Source of the DNA: Thermoanaerobaculaceae bacterium
Lineage (GTDB): Bacteria > Acidobacteriota > Thermoanaerobaculia > Multivoradales > UBA5704
DNA length: 64,000 bases
Direction: 5' to 3'
NCBI GenBank assembly: GCA_963717295.1
Contig: OY970330.1
Coordinates: 2,248,538-2,312,537, forward strand
Positions 1 to 10,211 of the stretch are shown here, one piece after another (the stretch's first letter is position 1; the number at the start of each line of letters is the position of its first letter). The translations under genes and the position numbers were made by a program. Below the pieces are notes generated by a model that searched no databases, was not told where the DNA came from, and was given only the letters and a program-made list of their open reading frames with translations.

Positions 1-2
1 AC

Positions 3-407
3 CTGACGCGCTCCGAGGCACAGGTGCAGTCGATCCGGGTGACCGCCTGGAGACCGGAGTACGACGTGAAGAGCTTCGTCGAGTCATCGAGGCTCCGGCC
101 CAACCGGCTCCGTCTCGACGTCGGGGCCCAGCCGCGGACCTACGCCGGCCCCTGCCCGGTGGAGCTGCGGTTCACCGGCAAGCTGCGCAACGGGACCTAT
201 CCCAACCGGTGGCGGATGCGCTGGGAGCGCAGCGACGGCGTCTGGAGCGACATCCAGTGGCTTCAGGTGAAAGGGCCCGAGCAGAAGATCACGAGCACCT
301 GGAAGGTCGGCGCGCCGCACCAGAAGCTGGTCGTCTGGCAGAAGCTGCGCGCCGCGCCGATCAACCTGGAGTCCGAGCCGGCGACGGTGACGATCGCGTG
401 CGAGTAG
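3..407 (+). CDS. C-terminal part of a hypothetical protein (beta-rich; runs off the window start)
   Basis: Frame is open from position 3 to TAG at 407, with high-GC codon usage. Confidence 0.6.
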   Translation: MTRSEAQVQSIRVTAWRPEYDVKSFVESSRLRPNRLRLDVGAQPRTYAGPCPVELRFTGKLRNGTYPNRWRMRWERSDGVWSDIQWLQVKGPEQKITSTWKVGAPHQKLVVWQKLRAAPINLESEPATVTIACE

Positions 408-517
408 GTCGGTTCTCCTGACGCCTAAATTCTTCTTTCATGGGACCGACCCTGCGCTCGAAGGTGCGGTCGACTCCCCCGCCGCCACCCTCCGAGAGGG
501 ATCACCAGCCGCCTGCG

Positions 518-1333
518 CTACCGCTTGCCCACGGCGAGCCAGGAAATGTCGCGGTAGGAATCCGCCACCACCCAGCCGCCGGCCATCAGCGACCAGGAGA
601 CGACGAGCTCAGCCCACTGGGAGGCGTTGGCGCCCGACGCCACGACCGGTACCCACACCAGCAGCGTGAACAGACCGATCTGCAGCGCCGAGAGTGCGGC
701 CGCCAGCCTTGCATACACACCGATGAGCACCGCGATGCCCGCCGCGACGAATGTGCCGCCGGTGAAATACGCCCAGGCCACATGCGCTGGCAGCCAGGCA
801 GGCACCAAGGGTGCGGTCGCCTGGAGATAGAGGAAGTGAGCCAAGCCAAAGGGGATCAAGGCCAGGCCATAGAGCACCCTCGCGATACGCACGCCTTTGT
901 CGCCGGTGGCGAAGCCGAGCCGCTGCCTGTCACGGTCAGCAGCGAACCAGGCATAGAGCACCCAAGCGGCTGCCACCATCACCGCGGTCTGGCAGCTTGA
1001 ATACCAAGTGTTCACGGCGAACGAGATGACGACGAGCGGAAGTCTCAACAGCAGCATCCACAGCAGGAGAAAGGCGAGCAGTACGCGAGCAGCGGCGCCG
1101 GCGGCGCGTTGCCAGAACAGGCCTATGCCGGATGCCAGGGAAACGAGGGCGCAGAGATAGATCAGCATCGAGCGTGCGGGCACACCCTTGGGCACCGGCT
1201 CCCATATCGGGGCGAATTCGCGCTTGACCAAACCCAGGATCCCGAGGGCGATCATGGTTGCAGCAAAGGCCGCATGACCCATGCTTGCGATGCGTATAGC
1301 CTTTCGGCCGGTGCTGTTCTCGTTCATTGCCAC
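518..1333 (-). CDS. DoxX-like membrane protein
   Basis: Multi-TM 271-aa protein with [17 protein letters not shown] and LVPAWLP..WAYFTG motifs typical of this family. Confidence 0.8.
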   Translation of the reverse strand: MAMNENSTGRKAIRIASMGHAAFAATMIALGILGLVKREFAPIWEPVPKGVPARSMLIYLCALVSLASGIGLFWQRAAGAAARVLLAFLLLWMLLLRLPLVVISFAVNTWYSSCQTAVMVAAAWVLYAWFAADRDRQRLGFATGDKGVRIARVLYGLALIPFGLAHFLYLQATAPLVPAWLPAHVAWAYFTGGTFVAAGIAVLIGVYARLAAALSALQIGLFTLLVWVPVVASGANASQWAELVVSWSLMAGGWVVADSYRDISWLAVGKR

Positions 1334-1430
1334 GTTTGCAGTATATCCCGGCGAGCGACTGGCCTACGTCCCTCCCGACGCTGTCAACGCGGGGGCCCGG
1401 GCGGCCGGGCGGACCAGGAAGATTCGAAGG

Positions 1431-1718
1431 TCAGAACCCGCAGAGCTGAGCGCAGGACCCGCAAGACTTGACACCGTTGCAGGTGGTGCAAAATTGCAGG
1501 CCAACTCGGCCATTGAAAGTGCACGACTGGCACCCAAACGTGCAGGCCATCGGCACCGGCGCCTGCGCCCGATCGGCGCTGGGCAGAGCCGGAGCCTGCG
1601 GAGCCTGCAGACTGGCGAGGAAAGCCTCGTCGCCCGCTGGAGCCGGGCTGGCAAACACCGTCGAAAAGGTCAGGAGAGCTACAGCCAGAACGGCAAGCGA
1701 CACGAGGTTCTTCAACAT
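1431..1718 (-). CDS. Small secreted Cys-rich peptide (signal peptide, Ala/Pro pro-region, 8-Cys C-terminus)
   Basis: RBS GAGGAGG before ATG; MLKNLVSLAVLAVALLTFSTVFA signal; CTFGCQSC..CTTC..CGSCAQLC. Confidence 0.75.
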   Translation of the reverse strand: MLKNLVSLAVLAVALLTFSTVFASPAPAGDEAFLASLQAPQAPALPSADRAQAPVPMACTFGCQSCTFNGRVGLQFCTTCNGVKSCGSCAQLCGF

Positions 1719-1855
1719 TCGCAATCCTCCTCGAGATGTTATTGTGTTACTTCGAACATCCAACGCAAAGCTAGCAACCCCCAGGTGCAGGTGTCAAGAG
1801 TTCCCCCGGGAGTTCCTCGGAAGCCGTTCACAGGCCTCTTGGCCGCTTCAACTAT

Positions 1856-1878
1856 AGAAGAGCCTGGCACTTCTGCTG
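1856..1878 (+). repeat. Variant GGCAC hairpin repeat AGAAGAGCCTGGCACTTCTGCTG
   Basis: Near-identical copy at 8622-8644; imperfect palindrome that shares the GGCAC core with the main repeat. Confidence 0.55.
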
Positions 1879-1896
1879 GCGCCTCCGTGCTTGGAA

Positions 1897-2661
1897 TCAG
1901 GCTGCCGGGTCCTGCTGGTAGAAGGCCCGCAGCACCTCGTAAAGCTCAGGGTGCTTGCGTTTGAGCTGCCCGCCCGTCTCGAAGAATGCCTCGGTTACCA
2001 CCGCGAAGAACTCGGCCGGGCTGGTGGCTCCGTAGGTGTCGATGTCAGCGGGCTGGTGCGTGGCGACCCGCGCGAGCAGCTCTTCGTACTCGGTGCCGAG
2101 CGCGTGAGCCCATGCGGAATACGAGGCACGCCGGCCGAGGTCGGGCGCGCCGTTCATGGCGCCGTCTTCGGCGTCGAGCTGGTGCGCAAACTCGTGGAGC
2201 ACGACGTTGCGGCCGTCGTGCGGGTCCGCCGCGCCGCGCCGGACAGCGTCCCACGAGAGCACCACAGCCCCGCGGACCCAGGACTCGCCCAGGCGCACCT
2301 GGTCGCTCTCGACGATAAGGTCGCCGATCTTCTGGCGGGTGTTCTTGACGACGTACGTACTGGGATAGACGAGGATCGACCCGAGATCGGGATAATAGTC
2401 GGTCTCTCGGTGCAAGAGGAGAAGGCAGGCCTGTGCCGCGATGGTGAGCTTGATCTCGTCCGTCATCGCGAGGCCGCCGCACCCTTCGAAGGATTTTTCG
2501 GCGACGAAGACCTGAATGTGGCCCTCGAGCTCTCGCTGGTCGTCGTCGGACAAGGTGGCGACGTAGGGAACGTTGCGCCGGATGATCGCGCGCTGCTCGG
2601 CGGGAAGGGGTCTCCGGCGTAGCTCTTCGCGTCGCCTCTTCTTAAAAAGGAAGTGAAACAC
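1897..2661 (-). CDS. Zinc-dependent peptidase, M90/MtfA family
   Basis: DGRNVVLHEFAHQLD and YGATSPAEFFAVVTEAFFE motifs. Confidence 0.9.
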   Translation of the reverse strand: MFHFLFKKRRREELRRRPLPAEQRAIIRRNVPYVATLSDDDQRELEGHIQVFVAEKSFEGCGGLAMTDEIKLTIAAQACLLLLHRETDYYPDLGSILVYPSTYVVKNTRQKIGDLIVESDQVRLGESWVRGAVVLSWDAVRRGAADPHDGRNVVLHEFAHQLDAEDGAMNGAPDLGRRASYSAWAHALGTEYEELLARVATHQPADIDTYGATSPAEFFAVVTEAFFETGGQLKRKHPELYEVLRAFYQQDPAA

Positions 2662-2734
2662 CGAGAAAGGCTACCACGCATCGACCTCGCCGTCGGCGGC
2701 TCCGGCGACATCGCCAGGCGGGTTACTCGCTGTC

Positions 2735-2793
2735 AGGGTCCCCAACCGGGCAAATGGAGGCGGCTTCCAAAATGACAGAGGCACCTGTTTTGG
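2735..2793 (+). repeat. Long form of the GGCAC hairpin repeat (core 2767-2793)
   Basis: CAGGGTCCCCAACCGGGCAAATGGAGGCGGCTTCCAAAATGACAGAGGCACCTGTTTTGG matches 10040-10099 and 12991-13049. Confidence 0.85.
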
Positions 2794-2868
2794 CGCGCCT
2801 GGAGGGCCCGCGAGCACCTTAGCTTATGGAGCATGGAAAGGCCCTGCTCCCTGAAGAAGGAGTGCACT

Positions 2869-3063
2869 ATGAAGATCAGGCTCTGTAAGCTCGCGCTGTT
2901 GCTCGTTGTCCTGTTGTCCTTGGCCCCGGTTCTGGGTTTGGACCAAGCCCTCGCATCGAGCCCCTGCGATGGTCTCCCAGGGTTGTGCCATCCCAAGTAC
3001 GATCCGGTCACGCACTGCTGCATCTCGGACCCGCGGTTCGACTGCGTCGACATCTGTTTCTAG
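2869..3063 (+). CDS. Small secreted 6-Cys peptide (C-C-CC-C-C framework)
   Basis: RBS AAGGAG; signal peptide; mature SSPCDGLPGLCHPKYDPVTHCCISDPRFDCVDICF. Confidence 0.7.
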   Translation: MKIRLCKLALLLVVLLSLAPVLGLDQALASSPCDGLPGLCHPKYDPVTHCCISDPRFDCVDICF

Positions 3064-3312
3064 GGCCCGCTCACCACCGGCGGCGAACGGCTCGCTCTAT
3101 ACCTGCGTGTGACGGCACCTCACCCCGGCGAAGCGGCCCCGGCAAAGCTTCGGGGTCGCCATCCGCCCCCCAGGTGCCCCGTATAGAGGACCCGCCGCCT
3201 CAGCCCATTTGACGTACGCTGGAGTTCCCATTTCTTCCAGGTTCGGCCATTCGTCGACTTCTACTCGCTGAAAGAACGACAAGCAGTGTTTCCACCCAGA
3301 CTTCTCCGGTGC

Positions 3313-3966
3313 CTACTTCGAGGCCAGAAGAGCGTTGAGCTTCTGCTCCATCTCCTCGTACGGCCGCACGCCGTGGACGATCTCCAGGACCTGGACCTTG
3401 TCGGCGCCCGGAACCCGGCGCGCCAGCACGTAGGCCGGAGTGCCGGAGATGCCAAGCATGTTGGCAGCTCGGATGTTGCCGCGGATCTCTCCATCATGGC
3501 GCCTGCCGGAGAGGCACTTCTGGAAGGCCGCCATGTCCAGGCCGAGCGCTTCGGCATAGCCTGGCAACCGGTCTGGAGTCAGGGCCCGTTGATTCTCAAA
3601 CAGAACGTCATGCATTTCCCAAAACTTGCTCTGGTCGCGTGCGCAAGCCGCCGCCGTGGCGGCCTTGAAAGCCTGGGAGTGCATCTCGAGAGGCAGGTCG
3701 AGAAAGACGAGCTCGACTCGGCCGCCGTGAACGAAGTTTTTCCTGATGGAAGGAAGCACCTCACGGGCGCTTTGGCCGCAGTACCCGCACTGGAAGTCCG
3801 ACACCTCGATAAGGACGAGCCCCGGCGAGCCCTCCTTCATGGACGGATAGTCCCCCACGGGGATCTTGCGGCCGACCTGGGCATGCGCCCACGATTGCGG
3901 TCCCAGGACGATAGCAAGCCCAGCCACGGCCACCCATCGCACGATTCCACGAATGTTCGCCATCAT
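3313..3966 (-). CDS. DsbA-family thiol-disulfide oxidoreductase
   Basis: SDFQCGYC active site, GISGTP cis-Pro loop, signal peptide, RBS GAGGAGG. Confidence 0.9.
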   Translation of the reverse strand: MMANIRGIVRWVAVAGLAIVLGPQSWAHAQVGRKIPVGDYPSMKEGSPGLVLIEVSDFQCGYCGQSAREVLPSIRKNFVHGGRVELVFLDLPLEMHSQAFKAATAAACARDQSKFWEMHDVLFENQRALTPDRLPGYAEALGLDMAAFQKCLSGRRHDGEIRGNIRAANMLGISGTPAYVLARRVPGADKVQVLEIVHGVRPYEEMEQKLNALLASK

Positions 3967-4087
3967 GATGTCTACCTCCTCTCCTATCAAGGATACAGCC
4001 AATCGGTCATTCCGTCATGGCGGGGCGTGCCGAACGGCGAAGCCGGGAGGTGGATTCCCAAATCGGGCGACACAGCACCTATCTTGA

Positions 4088-5440
4088 TCAGGCCGGCGGC
4101 CGGGAGACCTTCTCTTTTTGCTCACTGATCAGCTTGCCTTGCGCGTCCTCCACACGGACGACGAATTCTCCTTCCGGGAGCATGAGCGCGGGAGCCGGCT
4201 TGCCCGCTTCGGCGACGATCTGATCGATGGGGACGGCATCCGTCCCCTCCTTGACGGGCCGGGCCTGAACCAGGCAGCGCGGAGCCAGGAAGCAGATTCC
4301 GGCGACAAGCGGCAGAGGGGAGCGCAAGCCGCCCATGCGCAGCCACGTGGGCCGGCCGTTCTCATAGCGGCTGCGCGGATGGAACACCACCACGTCGATC
4401 GCCGGCGAGGAGGACCAGAGAGCTCCCGCGGCGCTCCTGAGCACCACCGGCTCGGCGACCAGGCCGCGCTCCACCGCCCAGCGATAGAGCGGGTGCTCGA
4501 ATTCCGGAGCGCTGTGCTCGGTCATGATCTCCTGATTGACTGTGAGCGGATCGATGCCCGTCGACTCCTTGAAGTACGCCGCCATCCACTTCGAGCCCGG
4601 GCTGGAAGCCGTCTTCAGGATGTGAGAGTAGCCGGCATGGACGAGCACCTTGGCTTTCGGGTCCTTCTGGAAAATCCGCTCGACGAGATTCCGGGCCTGC
4701 TCGCGCTCGCGCGGCTCGATCCCCTTTCCGGGCTGGAAGCCCGAGTCCCCCTCGTACGGAACGACTTGATAACCCAGGCGCAAGGCCGTCCGGACGAGGT
4801 CGCCATAGAGAGGCTCCTGGATGTAGGCGCCCGACTCCGGGGTCGGATAACCCCGTTGGACCAGGCCCGGGTCGGGACTGAGGGTCTCCGCGGCGAAGTA
4901 GGTGAAGCCCTTCCGGCGGAGGGCGGCCAGGAGCTGCAGGGTGAACGCCCGATGCTGCGGGACGTGGTGAGCTTCGTTGATCATGACGACCTGGCGGGTC
5001 CCGGCCGCGGCCTCGAGGGCCTGCAGCGCGCCGATCGGGCTATAGCCGTCGGGCGCCGCGGAAAGGGACGGCGAGCTTTTCCACGCAGGGCCGCCGAGGT
5101 CGCCATAGTGGTGTGCGCCGGCATAATCCCCGAGCCGCGGCATCACCTGCTGGGCGAGGATCGTTCGGATCACGTCGAGCGCCATGTCGTTTCCGGCATA
5201 CTCGGCTTCCAGGGCCTGAAGGCCCTGCATCTCCGCGAGGACGTTGCCGCTCTTCTCGATCCGGCTGAGCTTCCCGGAGAGCTGCTGAGCGGCGAGGTTG
5301 AACCTCGCCACGTCGGATTGAGCGGCCGGCGGCGGGGCTGGAGCCGTCGCGGCCGGGGGCGGCGTCTGGGGCGTCTGGGCCCCGGCGACGAGACCTCCCA
5401 GGCAGGCGAGCGCGACAGGGCCCATCTTCGTAATCTTCAA
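4088..5440 (-). CDS. Secreted hypothetical protein (INEAHH..HR motif)
   Basis: Long ORF with signal peptide and Pro-rich linker; TTG start after GGAGGAG; exact start uncertain. Confidence 0.75.
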   Translation of the reverse strand: MKITKMGPVALACLGGLVAGAQTPQTPPPAATAPAPPPAAQSDVARFNLAAQQLSGKLSRIEKSGNVLAEMQGLQALEAEYAGNDMALDVIRTILAQQVMPRLGDYAGAHHYGDLGGPAWKSSPSLSAAPDGYSPIGALQALEAAAGTRQVVMINEAHHVPQHRAFTLQLLAALRRKGFTYFAAETLSPDPGLVQRGYPTPESGAYIQEPLYGDLVRTALRLGYQVVPYEGDSGFQPGKGIEPREREQARNLVERIFQKDPKAKVLVHAGYSHILKTASSPGSKWMAAYFKESTGIDPLTVNQEIMTEHSAPEFEHPLYRWAVERGLVAEPVVLRSAAGALWSSSPAIDVVVFHPRSRYENGRPTWLRMGGLRSPLPLVAGICFLAPRCLVQARPVKEGTDAVPIDQIVAEAGKPAPALMLPEGEFVVRVEDAQGKLISEQKEKVSRPPA

Positions 5441-5510
5441 GATCTCCTCCCGTTGGATTCTTGTCCCGTGCGTAACGATCGAGATCGGTGAAATCTCATG
5501 CATGAAGTTG

Positions 5511-7055
5511 TCATGACGGGCTCGTTCGCTGGCCGGTCGCCTTGGGCGCCAGGTAGAGGTCTTCGGGCCTGAGGATGAACGGTGGTGGCTTCATGCGGGA
5601 GGCGCACGAGGTGTCCAGGCGGTCGACGGTTCCCTGCTCGATGACCTGCGTCCACAGCGCGTCGATGCATTCCTGACCGATCATGCCGTCGCGGGTGTGA
5701 CCCGCATCGTCGACTAGCAAGTACCGGCCATTGGCGAGACCTCGCGCCACGGACGTGCCATCGGCAGCCGGCGTGGCGGGATCGCGTCCCCCCGCCATGA
5801 TCAGCACCGGCACGACGGATACCACCGGCGCGAGGAAGCTCTCCGCGACCTTGGTCACCGGCCAGACGGCACACGCCGCTCGCTGCTGGCGTATGCGGAA
5901 ATCCCCGAGGAAGGTGCCGGCAACGGCGGCGGGTACCTCCTCATCCCGAATGAACGGAACGTCTTCCGAGCATGTGATGCCGAGGAAGTAGCCATCGCTC
6001 GTCGACGAGGTCATGTAGCGAGCGAAGAGGCTCGCCGTCTCCGCCAAGGCTTGCCAGCTCCCCTGCGCCGCGAGATGGACCTGCAACGGCAGCTCGGCCG
6101 CGAACGACGGGTCGTACAGCATGTACCGGAGGGTCTGGGCCACGCCCGAGTACGACAGGTTCAGCTCGTACCGCTCGCCGGTCTTGCGGTCCACGAGGCG
6201 CACATGCGCGGGACGTCGTTTGGCGTGCTGCAACACGGTGGCGATCTCGCGCTTCAGGTGAGGAAAGGCGTGGCCGCAGGCGGCGTCCTGGGCGCACTCC
6301 CGCAATAGCCCGTCGAGCGCCTGCTGCGTCGAGCGCGCGAAAAAGAGCGGCGCACGATCGCTGGTCGGCACCACGCCATCGAGGATGCCGGTGCGCACCC
6401 GCTCGGGATGCCGCCGCAGGTAGACGAGGGCCGGTCGCGTCCCGTACGAGTCGCCAATCACGTCGAGCTGCTCGTAGCCTAGAGCAGCCCGGACTTCGTC
6501 GACGTCGTCGACGGTGTTGTCAGTCGTGTACTGGGAGAGGTCGGCTTGGCGGCGCAGACGGTCGGCGCATTGCTTGACTTTGGCGGGAGGGCGGTATTCA
6601 TCGAGGAACCCTTGGATCGCCTGCACGCCCTGCATCTCGCTGCAAGTCAGTGGCGCCGAGCCGCCGGCACCACGCGAGTCGACGAAGAGGAAGTCGCGGT
6701 GCGCACGCAACGGCGCCAGTCGCGTCACCAGGGGCAGGCCCTCGCTGATGGACGAGGTGCCGGGGCCGCCGCTGAAGTAGGCCACCGCATCGGCGGCTCG
6801 ATCCGGTCCGATGGCGGGCAGCACGACGACATGGAGAGGGATCTTGCGTCCGCTCCTCGCCAGGCGATTCTCGTACACCTCGTATGTGCCGCAGCGGGCG
6901 TCCGCGGGCAGCTCGGACACTCCGCACGCGCCAAGTGTCAAGCGCGGAGGAGAGGCCGCGCCGGCTGGTTGTGCTGCGGATCGCTGCAGCGCCAGGAGGG
7001 CCAGAATTGCGCAGGACGAGAGCCAGACCGCGCCGAGAGACATCGGGAGCTTCAT
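5511..7055 (-). CDS. Secreted alpha/beta hydrolase (TAP-like peptidase)
   Basis: GGPG, DSRGAG, GDSYGT nucleophile elbow, DPATP and AGH motifs; signal peptide. Confidence 0.9.
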   Translation of the reverse strand: MKLPMSLGAVWLSSCAILALLALQRSAAQPAGAASPPRLTLGACGVSELPADARCGTYEVYENRLARSGRKIPLHVVVLPAIGPDRAADAVAYFSGGPGTSSISEGLPLVTRLAPLRAHRDFLFVDSRGAGGSAPLTCSEMQGVQAIQGFLDEYRPPAKVKQCADRLRRQADLSQYTTDNTVDDVDEVRAALGYEQLDVIGDSYGTRPALVYLRRHPERVRTGILDGVVPTSDRAPLFFARSTQQALDGLLRECAQDAACGHAFPHLKREIATVLQHAKRRPAHVRLVDRKTGERYELNLSYSGVAQTLRYMLYDPSFAAELPLQVHLAAQGSWQALAETASLFARYMTSSTSDGYFLGITCSEDVPFIRDEEVPAAVAGTFLGDFRIRQQRAACAVWPVTKVAESFLAPVVSVVPVLIMAGGRDPATPAADGTSVARGLANGRYLLVDDAGHTRDGMIGQECIDALWTQVIEQGTVDRLDTSCASRMKPPPFILRPEDLYLAPKATGQRTSPS

Positions 7056-7081
7056 CGCGGCGCGTCCCACCGTGCCCGCGT

Positions 7082-7528
7082 TCACGACGCGTCCGACGCT
7101 GCCTCGGGCGGCCACGCGCCGATCCGCTGCCGTAAGGCCACGATCTTTCCGAAGTGATACGCGTTATGCACCGCCACACTGCTGAGCTCGTCGGCCATGG
7201 TCACGCCTGGCTCGACCTCGACGGCCAATCGCGCGGGCTCCTGCCCCAAGGCTGCCGCAGCGCGAGCGCCGACCAGGAACACCCGCACCAAGTCGTGCCA
7301 TTGGTGCTCGTGTTCCGGCGCCGCGATCGGGTACAGGTCGCCAGCCGGAGCCGGTGCGCCCGGCTCGATGATGCTCTGCTGGTATCCCACAAGGTGCCAT
7401 AGCTCGTCGTAGATGGAGTGCGACGCGCCGTCCGGCCGGAGCGTGACTTGCTCGAGCGTTAACCCTGACAGCAGGCGCGCTCGCTCCGGGAACTCACCGA
7501 CGAGAAAAAGATGTTCGAGAATATGCAT
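7082..7528 (-). CDS. DinB-family protein
   Basis: HSIYDELWHL and HNAYHFGKI His motifs. Confidence 0.85.
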   Translation of the reverse strand: MHILEHLFLVGEFPERARLLSGLTLEQVTLRPDGASHSIYDELWHLVGYQQSIIEPGAPAPAGDLYPIAAPEHEHQWHDLVRVFLVGARAAAALGQEPARLAVEVEPGVTMADELSSVAVHNAYHFGKIVALRQRIGAWPPEAASDAS

Positions 7529-7558
7529 GACCTCACTCCCCTCTTTCCTTGGTCGTCA

Positions 7559-7595
7559 CGCGGAGACCGCTACGCACCCTTCCCCACCGGCAGAC
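7559..7595 (+). mobile_element. Tiny remnant of the RAYT-like transposase 3' end
   Basis: CGCGGAGACCGCTACGCACCCTTCCCCACCGGCAG matches 9827-9862. Confidence 0.5.
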
Positions 7596-7599
7596 TGCT

Positions 7600-8055
7600 T
7601 CACGCGATGCGCCATCCCTCACCCAATAATGGCACTGATGCCCTGGATGGCCCGCCATCACGCGCAGTCCCCGCGAACTGAGCTTCCAGCCTTCCTGAGC
7701 GCTTCGCGTTTGCTGCAGCCAGGAGGGTTCGAGTGATGCCCTCAAGACTGATCTTGGCACGCCAGCCTGCTGGAGCTCCGACCTGGCCGGCATACGCGCC
7801 GATGCACAGGTACACGAAGCGCTCGCCGGACCGGCCCTGAACCGCGGGACCGCGAAGCCGAAACGCGCTTGGAGCGCCGCCATCTACAGCTTCAACCGAA
7901 AAGTCGAAGGAGATGCGAGCTTTCGTGCTGGCGGTGGGCTTGACGAGCTCGTCGCGGCCTAGCTGGAGCGCCCACGAGATATTCGGTGGCGGATCGACCA
8001 CCGTGATGCGTAGCGCAACCGCTTCGGCTGAGGTCTTCTTGCTGGTTGCCGGCAT
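7600..8055 (-). CDS. DUF5990-family protein
   Basis: GPAVQGRSGERFVYLCIG, WRAKISLEGI and RDGGP motifs. Confidence 0.75.
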   Translation of the reverse strand: MPATSKKTSAEAVALRITVVDPPPNISWALQLGRDELVKPTASTKARISFDFSVEAVDGGAPSAFRLRGPAVQGRSGERFVYLCIGAYAGQVGAPAGWRAKISLEGITRTLLAAANAKRSGRLEAQFAGTARDGGPSRASVPLLGEGWRIA

Positions 8056-8071
8056 TAAGACTCCCGGAGTC

Positions 8072-8097
8072 GTCTAACGTAAATGCGGCTGAGCGGC
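8072..8097 (-). other. 3' half of an attC-like integron site
   Basis: Minus strand GCCGCTCAGCCGCATTTACGTTAGAC (L' box plus GTTRRRY core), 17 bp before the DUF5990 start; 5' half absent. Confidence 0.5.
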
Positions 8098-8101
8098 TGC
8101 G

Positions 8102-8533
8102 TCAGCAGTCAGCCTCGCGCAAGATCGGCTCCCCGGTCCGCGGGTTTGTGAGGGTCACATTCTCGAGCGCTCGAATGCGCCAGATCTCGTTCTGTCTTGT
8201 CAGCACTGCGAGGATCAGCGTATCCACCACGTGGGGTCCGGCCGGGTGAGCGGCCCCGGCCGCCAGGCGACTCCAGAAATGTATGACCGCCGCTCCGTCA
8301 GCTATGTGATGGACATCGATTAGCTCATTCTCGAGCGTAGAGTCCCGATAGATTGTTTCGTGAATGGGAACATGGAGCGCCACGATCTCATCGATGCCTC
8401 GGACATAGTGCCCGAAGCGATTCACGAACGTCGCGTCTTCATCGAACAGGCCGCCGAGCGCAGCCATGTCATGAGCGTTCCAAGCGGCTTGGAATGCACC
8501 GGGTGCATCTTCTGGTCTCTTCATTTTAGTCAT
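8102..8533 (-). CDS. SgcJ/EcaC-family (SnoaL/NTF2-like) protein
   Basis: AWNAHDMAALGGLFDEDATFVN..G motif. Confidence 0.85.
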   Translation of the reverse strand: MTKMKRPEDAPGAFQAAWNAHDMAALGGLFDEDATFVNRFGHYVRGIDEIVALHVPIHETIYRDSTLENELIDVHHIADGAAVIHFWSRLAAGAAHPAGPHVVDTLILAVLTRQNEIWRIRALENVTLTNPRTGEPILREADC

Positions 8534-8621
8534 GCTCGCAGGCGTTTCGCGCGAGCAAAGGCTCGGGCAAGCAAACCCAGTTCTAGGGTACCGCCGGGCA
8601 GTAATCGCGTCAATCCCGGTA

Positions 8622-8940
8622 AGAAGAGCCCGGCACTTCTGCTGCGGAGATGGGTCGAGTCCCTCGAGGCCGAAGCCGCCCGGGAAAGAGAACGCACCGG
8701 CGCTTCCGTGCTCGGAGTCAAGGCGATTCTCGCAGACGATCCCGCTCCATCGCCCATCCGCCCTCACCCGCACCGCGGGTCCACGCCGCCACCAAAGCTG
8801 CGAGGAAGGCGTTTTACGAGATCTACGCCGCCTTCGTCGGTGCCTCCGGCTCCCGCGACGTCCTCACGAGGTTGGCGTCAGGCGGGCGACTCGCCGTCAG
8901 GGTTCCCAAACCGAGCACCGGTCCCTGGCACCTCTTCCTA
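8622..8940 (+). mobile_element. Degenerate RAYT-like transposase 3' fragment with flanking GGCAC repeats
   Basis: 8647-8845 is a frameshifted copy of 9596-9800. It starts right after the variant repeat (8622-8644) and ends in an element-end-like sequence (GTCAGGGTTCCCAAACC...TGGCACCT). Confidence 0.7.
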
Positions 8941-8985
8941 CCCGCGAGCATCCCAGATCCCCTCGCACCCACTGCCTGTCGTACC

Positions 8986-9336
8986 CTAGTCCACCGGCCC
9001 TCCTCCTCCGCAGTTGAGCCGGGAGTAATCCACGCAGCGGATCGAATAGCCCGAAGGGCTGATCTGGCAGACCACGTCCGGCTGGTTCTTGCAGAGGTCA
9101 CAAGAGCAGAGGATGAAGTCGGACGGCGGGACGTACACCTCGCGCACGGCAGGGGTGCCGACGGTCAGCGAGAGTGCCGGAGCCGGGCATCGGCCGGCGT
9201 CGAGCCCGGGGCTGGCGGCCGGCGCGGCGATCGACGCCGGGAGGCCTGGGTCGGCGGTGGCGGCGAAGACGGGCGGCCCCGAGAGAAGGAGCGTTACGAC
9301 GGCGAGGAGAAGCAGGGAGGAGCGAAGACGAATCAT
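8986..9336 (-). CDS. Small secreted Cys-rich protein
   Basis: RBS AAAGGA; signal peptide; C-terminal CSCDLC..C..C..C. Confidence 0.7.
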   Translation of the reverse strand: MIRLRSSLLLLAVVTLLLSGPPVFAATADPGLPASIAAPAASPGLDAGRCPAPALSLTVGTPAVREVYVPPSDFILCSCDLCKNQPDVVCQISPSGYSIRCVDYSRLNCGGGGPVD

Positions 9337-9480
9337 GTTGATTATCCTTTCTGGCGCGCTGCTCCGGACGCATCCTCGACGAACGGCTCCGCCGCAACGC
9401 TGCCTGTCTATTTGAGAAGGTGCATCAGCGCAAGGAAAGTGAGCCTCGGTCCCGGCCGCCGCACTCGCGACGCGCGCTGG

Positions 9481-9498
9481 AAAGACACAGGCACCTGT
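9481..9498 (+). repeat. GGCAC hairpin repeat (partial)
   Basis: AAAGACACAGGCACCTGT directly before the transposase remnant. Confidence 0.75.
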
Positions 9499-9505
9499 CG
9501 GACCG

Positions 9506-9895
9506 ATGCGCTTTGCCACGGTCGAGAGGGTAACTTTCTCTCCCATACCCTGTTGGGCTCACCTGTCGCCGGTGCTCTACCGAGCCCGCATCTCGGAGAT
9601 GGTCGAGTCCATCGAGGCTGAAGCAGCGCGGGAAAGAGAACGCTCCGGCGCTTCCGTGCTCGGCGTCAAGGCGATTCTCGCGTACGATCCGCTCCATTGC
9701 CCATCCGCCCTCGCCCGCTCGCCAGCACCGCGAGTCCACGCCGCCTCCAAAGCCGCAAGGAGGGCCTTTTACGAGATCTACGCCGCCTTCGTCGGTGCCT
9801 TCCGGGAGGCGTCCGAAAGGCTCCGCCGCGGAGACCGGAATGCGCCCTTCCCCGCCGGCAGCTTCCCGCCGGCCCTGCCCTTCGTGGCTGGATAG
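9506..9895 (+). pseudogene. C-terminal fragment of a RAYT/IS200-like (Y1 HUH) transposase
   Basis: SPAPRVHAASK..FVGAFREASERLRRGDRNAPFPAGSFPP resembles the C-terminus of REP-associated tyrosine transposases (from recall). The catalytic N-terminus is absent. Several partial copies occur in the window. Confidence 0.65.
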
Positions 9896-10039
9896 CGGCA
9901 GAGCCGGCGCTCTTTGACAGCCTCACCCCCTGCTGAGGGCCAGACTCGTGAGCCGGAGGCTCGCGCAAGGGGAAGGTGTGTCCAGATTGGCGCCCGAGAT
10001 GTCCCTCATGAGGTTGTCAGCGCGGGGCTGCCCCGCCGT

Positions 10040-10114
10040 CGGGGTCCCAAACCAGAAAAATGGAGGTGGCTTCCAAAAAGACACAGGCACCTGTTTTGGC
10101 GGCACCTGTTTTGG
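10040..10114 (+). repeat. Long form of the GGCAC hairpin repeat with duplicated 3' half (putative element end)
   Basis: CCAAAAAGACACAGGCACCTGTTTTGG at 10073-10099 plus GGCACCTGTTTTGG; ~180 bp downstream of the transposase stop. Confidence 0.9.
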
Positions 10115-10211
10115 CCGATTATGGCGCTTGACTTGCCGTGTGGGAAGCGCCTGAGCGAGCTAGAATGCACGGACCGGAGAGCGGATTCTCCGGTACTACT
10201 TGGGAGGCCCC

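Noticed and set aside
3064-3290. Possible attC site and 61-aa ORF between the peptide gene and dsbA
   Set aside because: Only partial resemblance to R/L boxes and no continuous stem. The ORF lacks an RBS and looks like a remnant.
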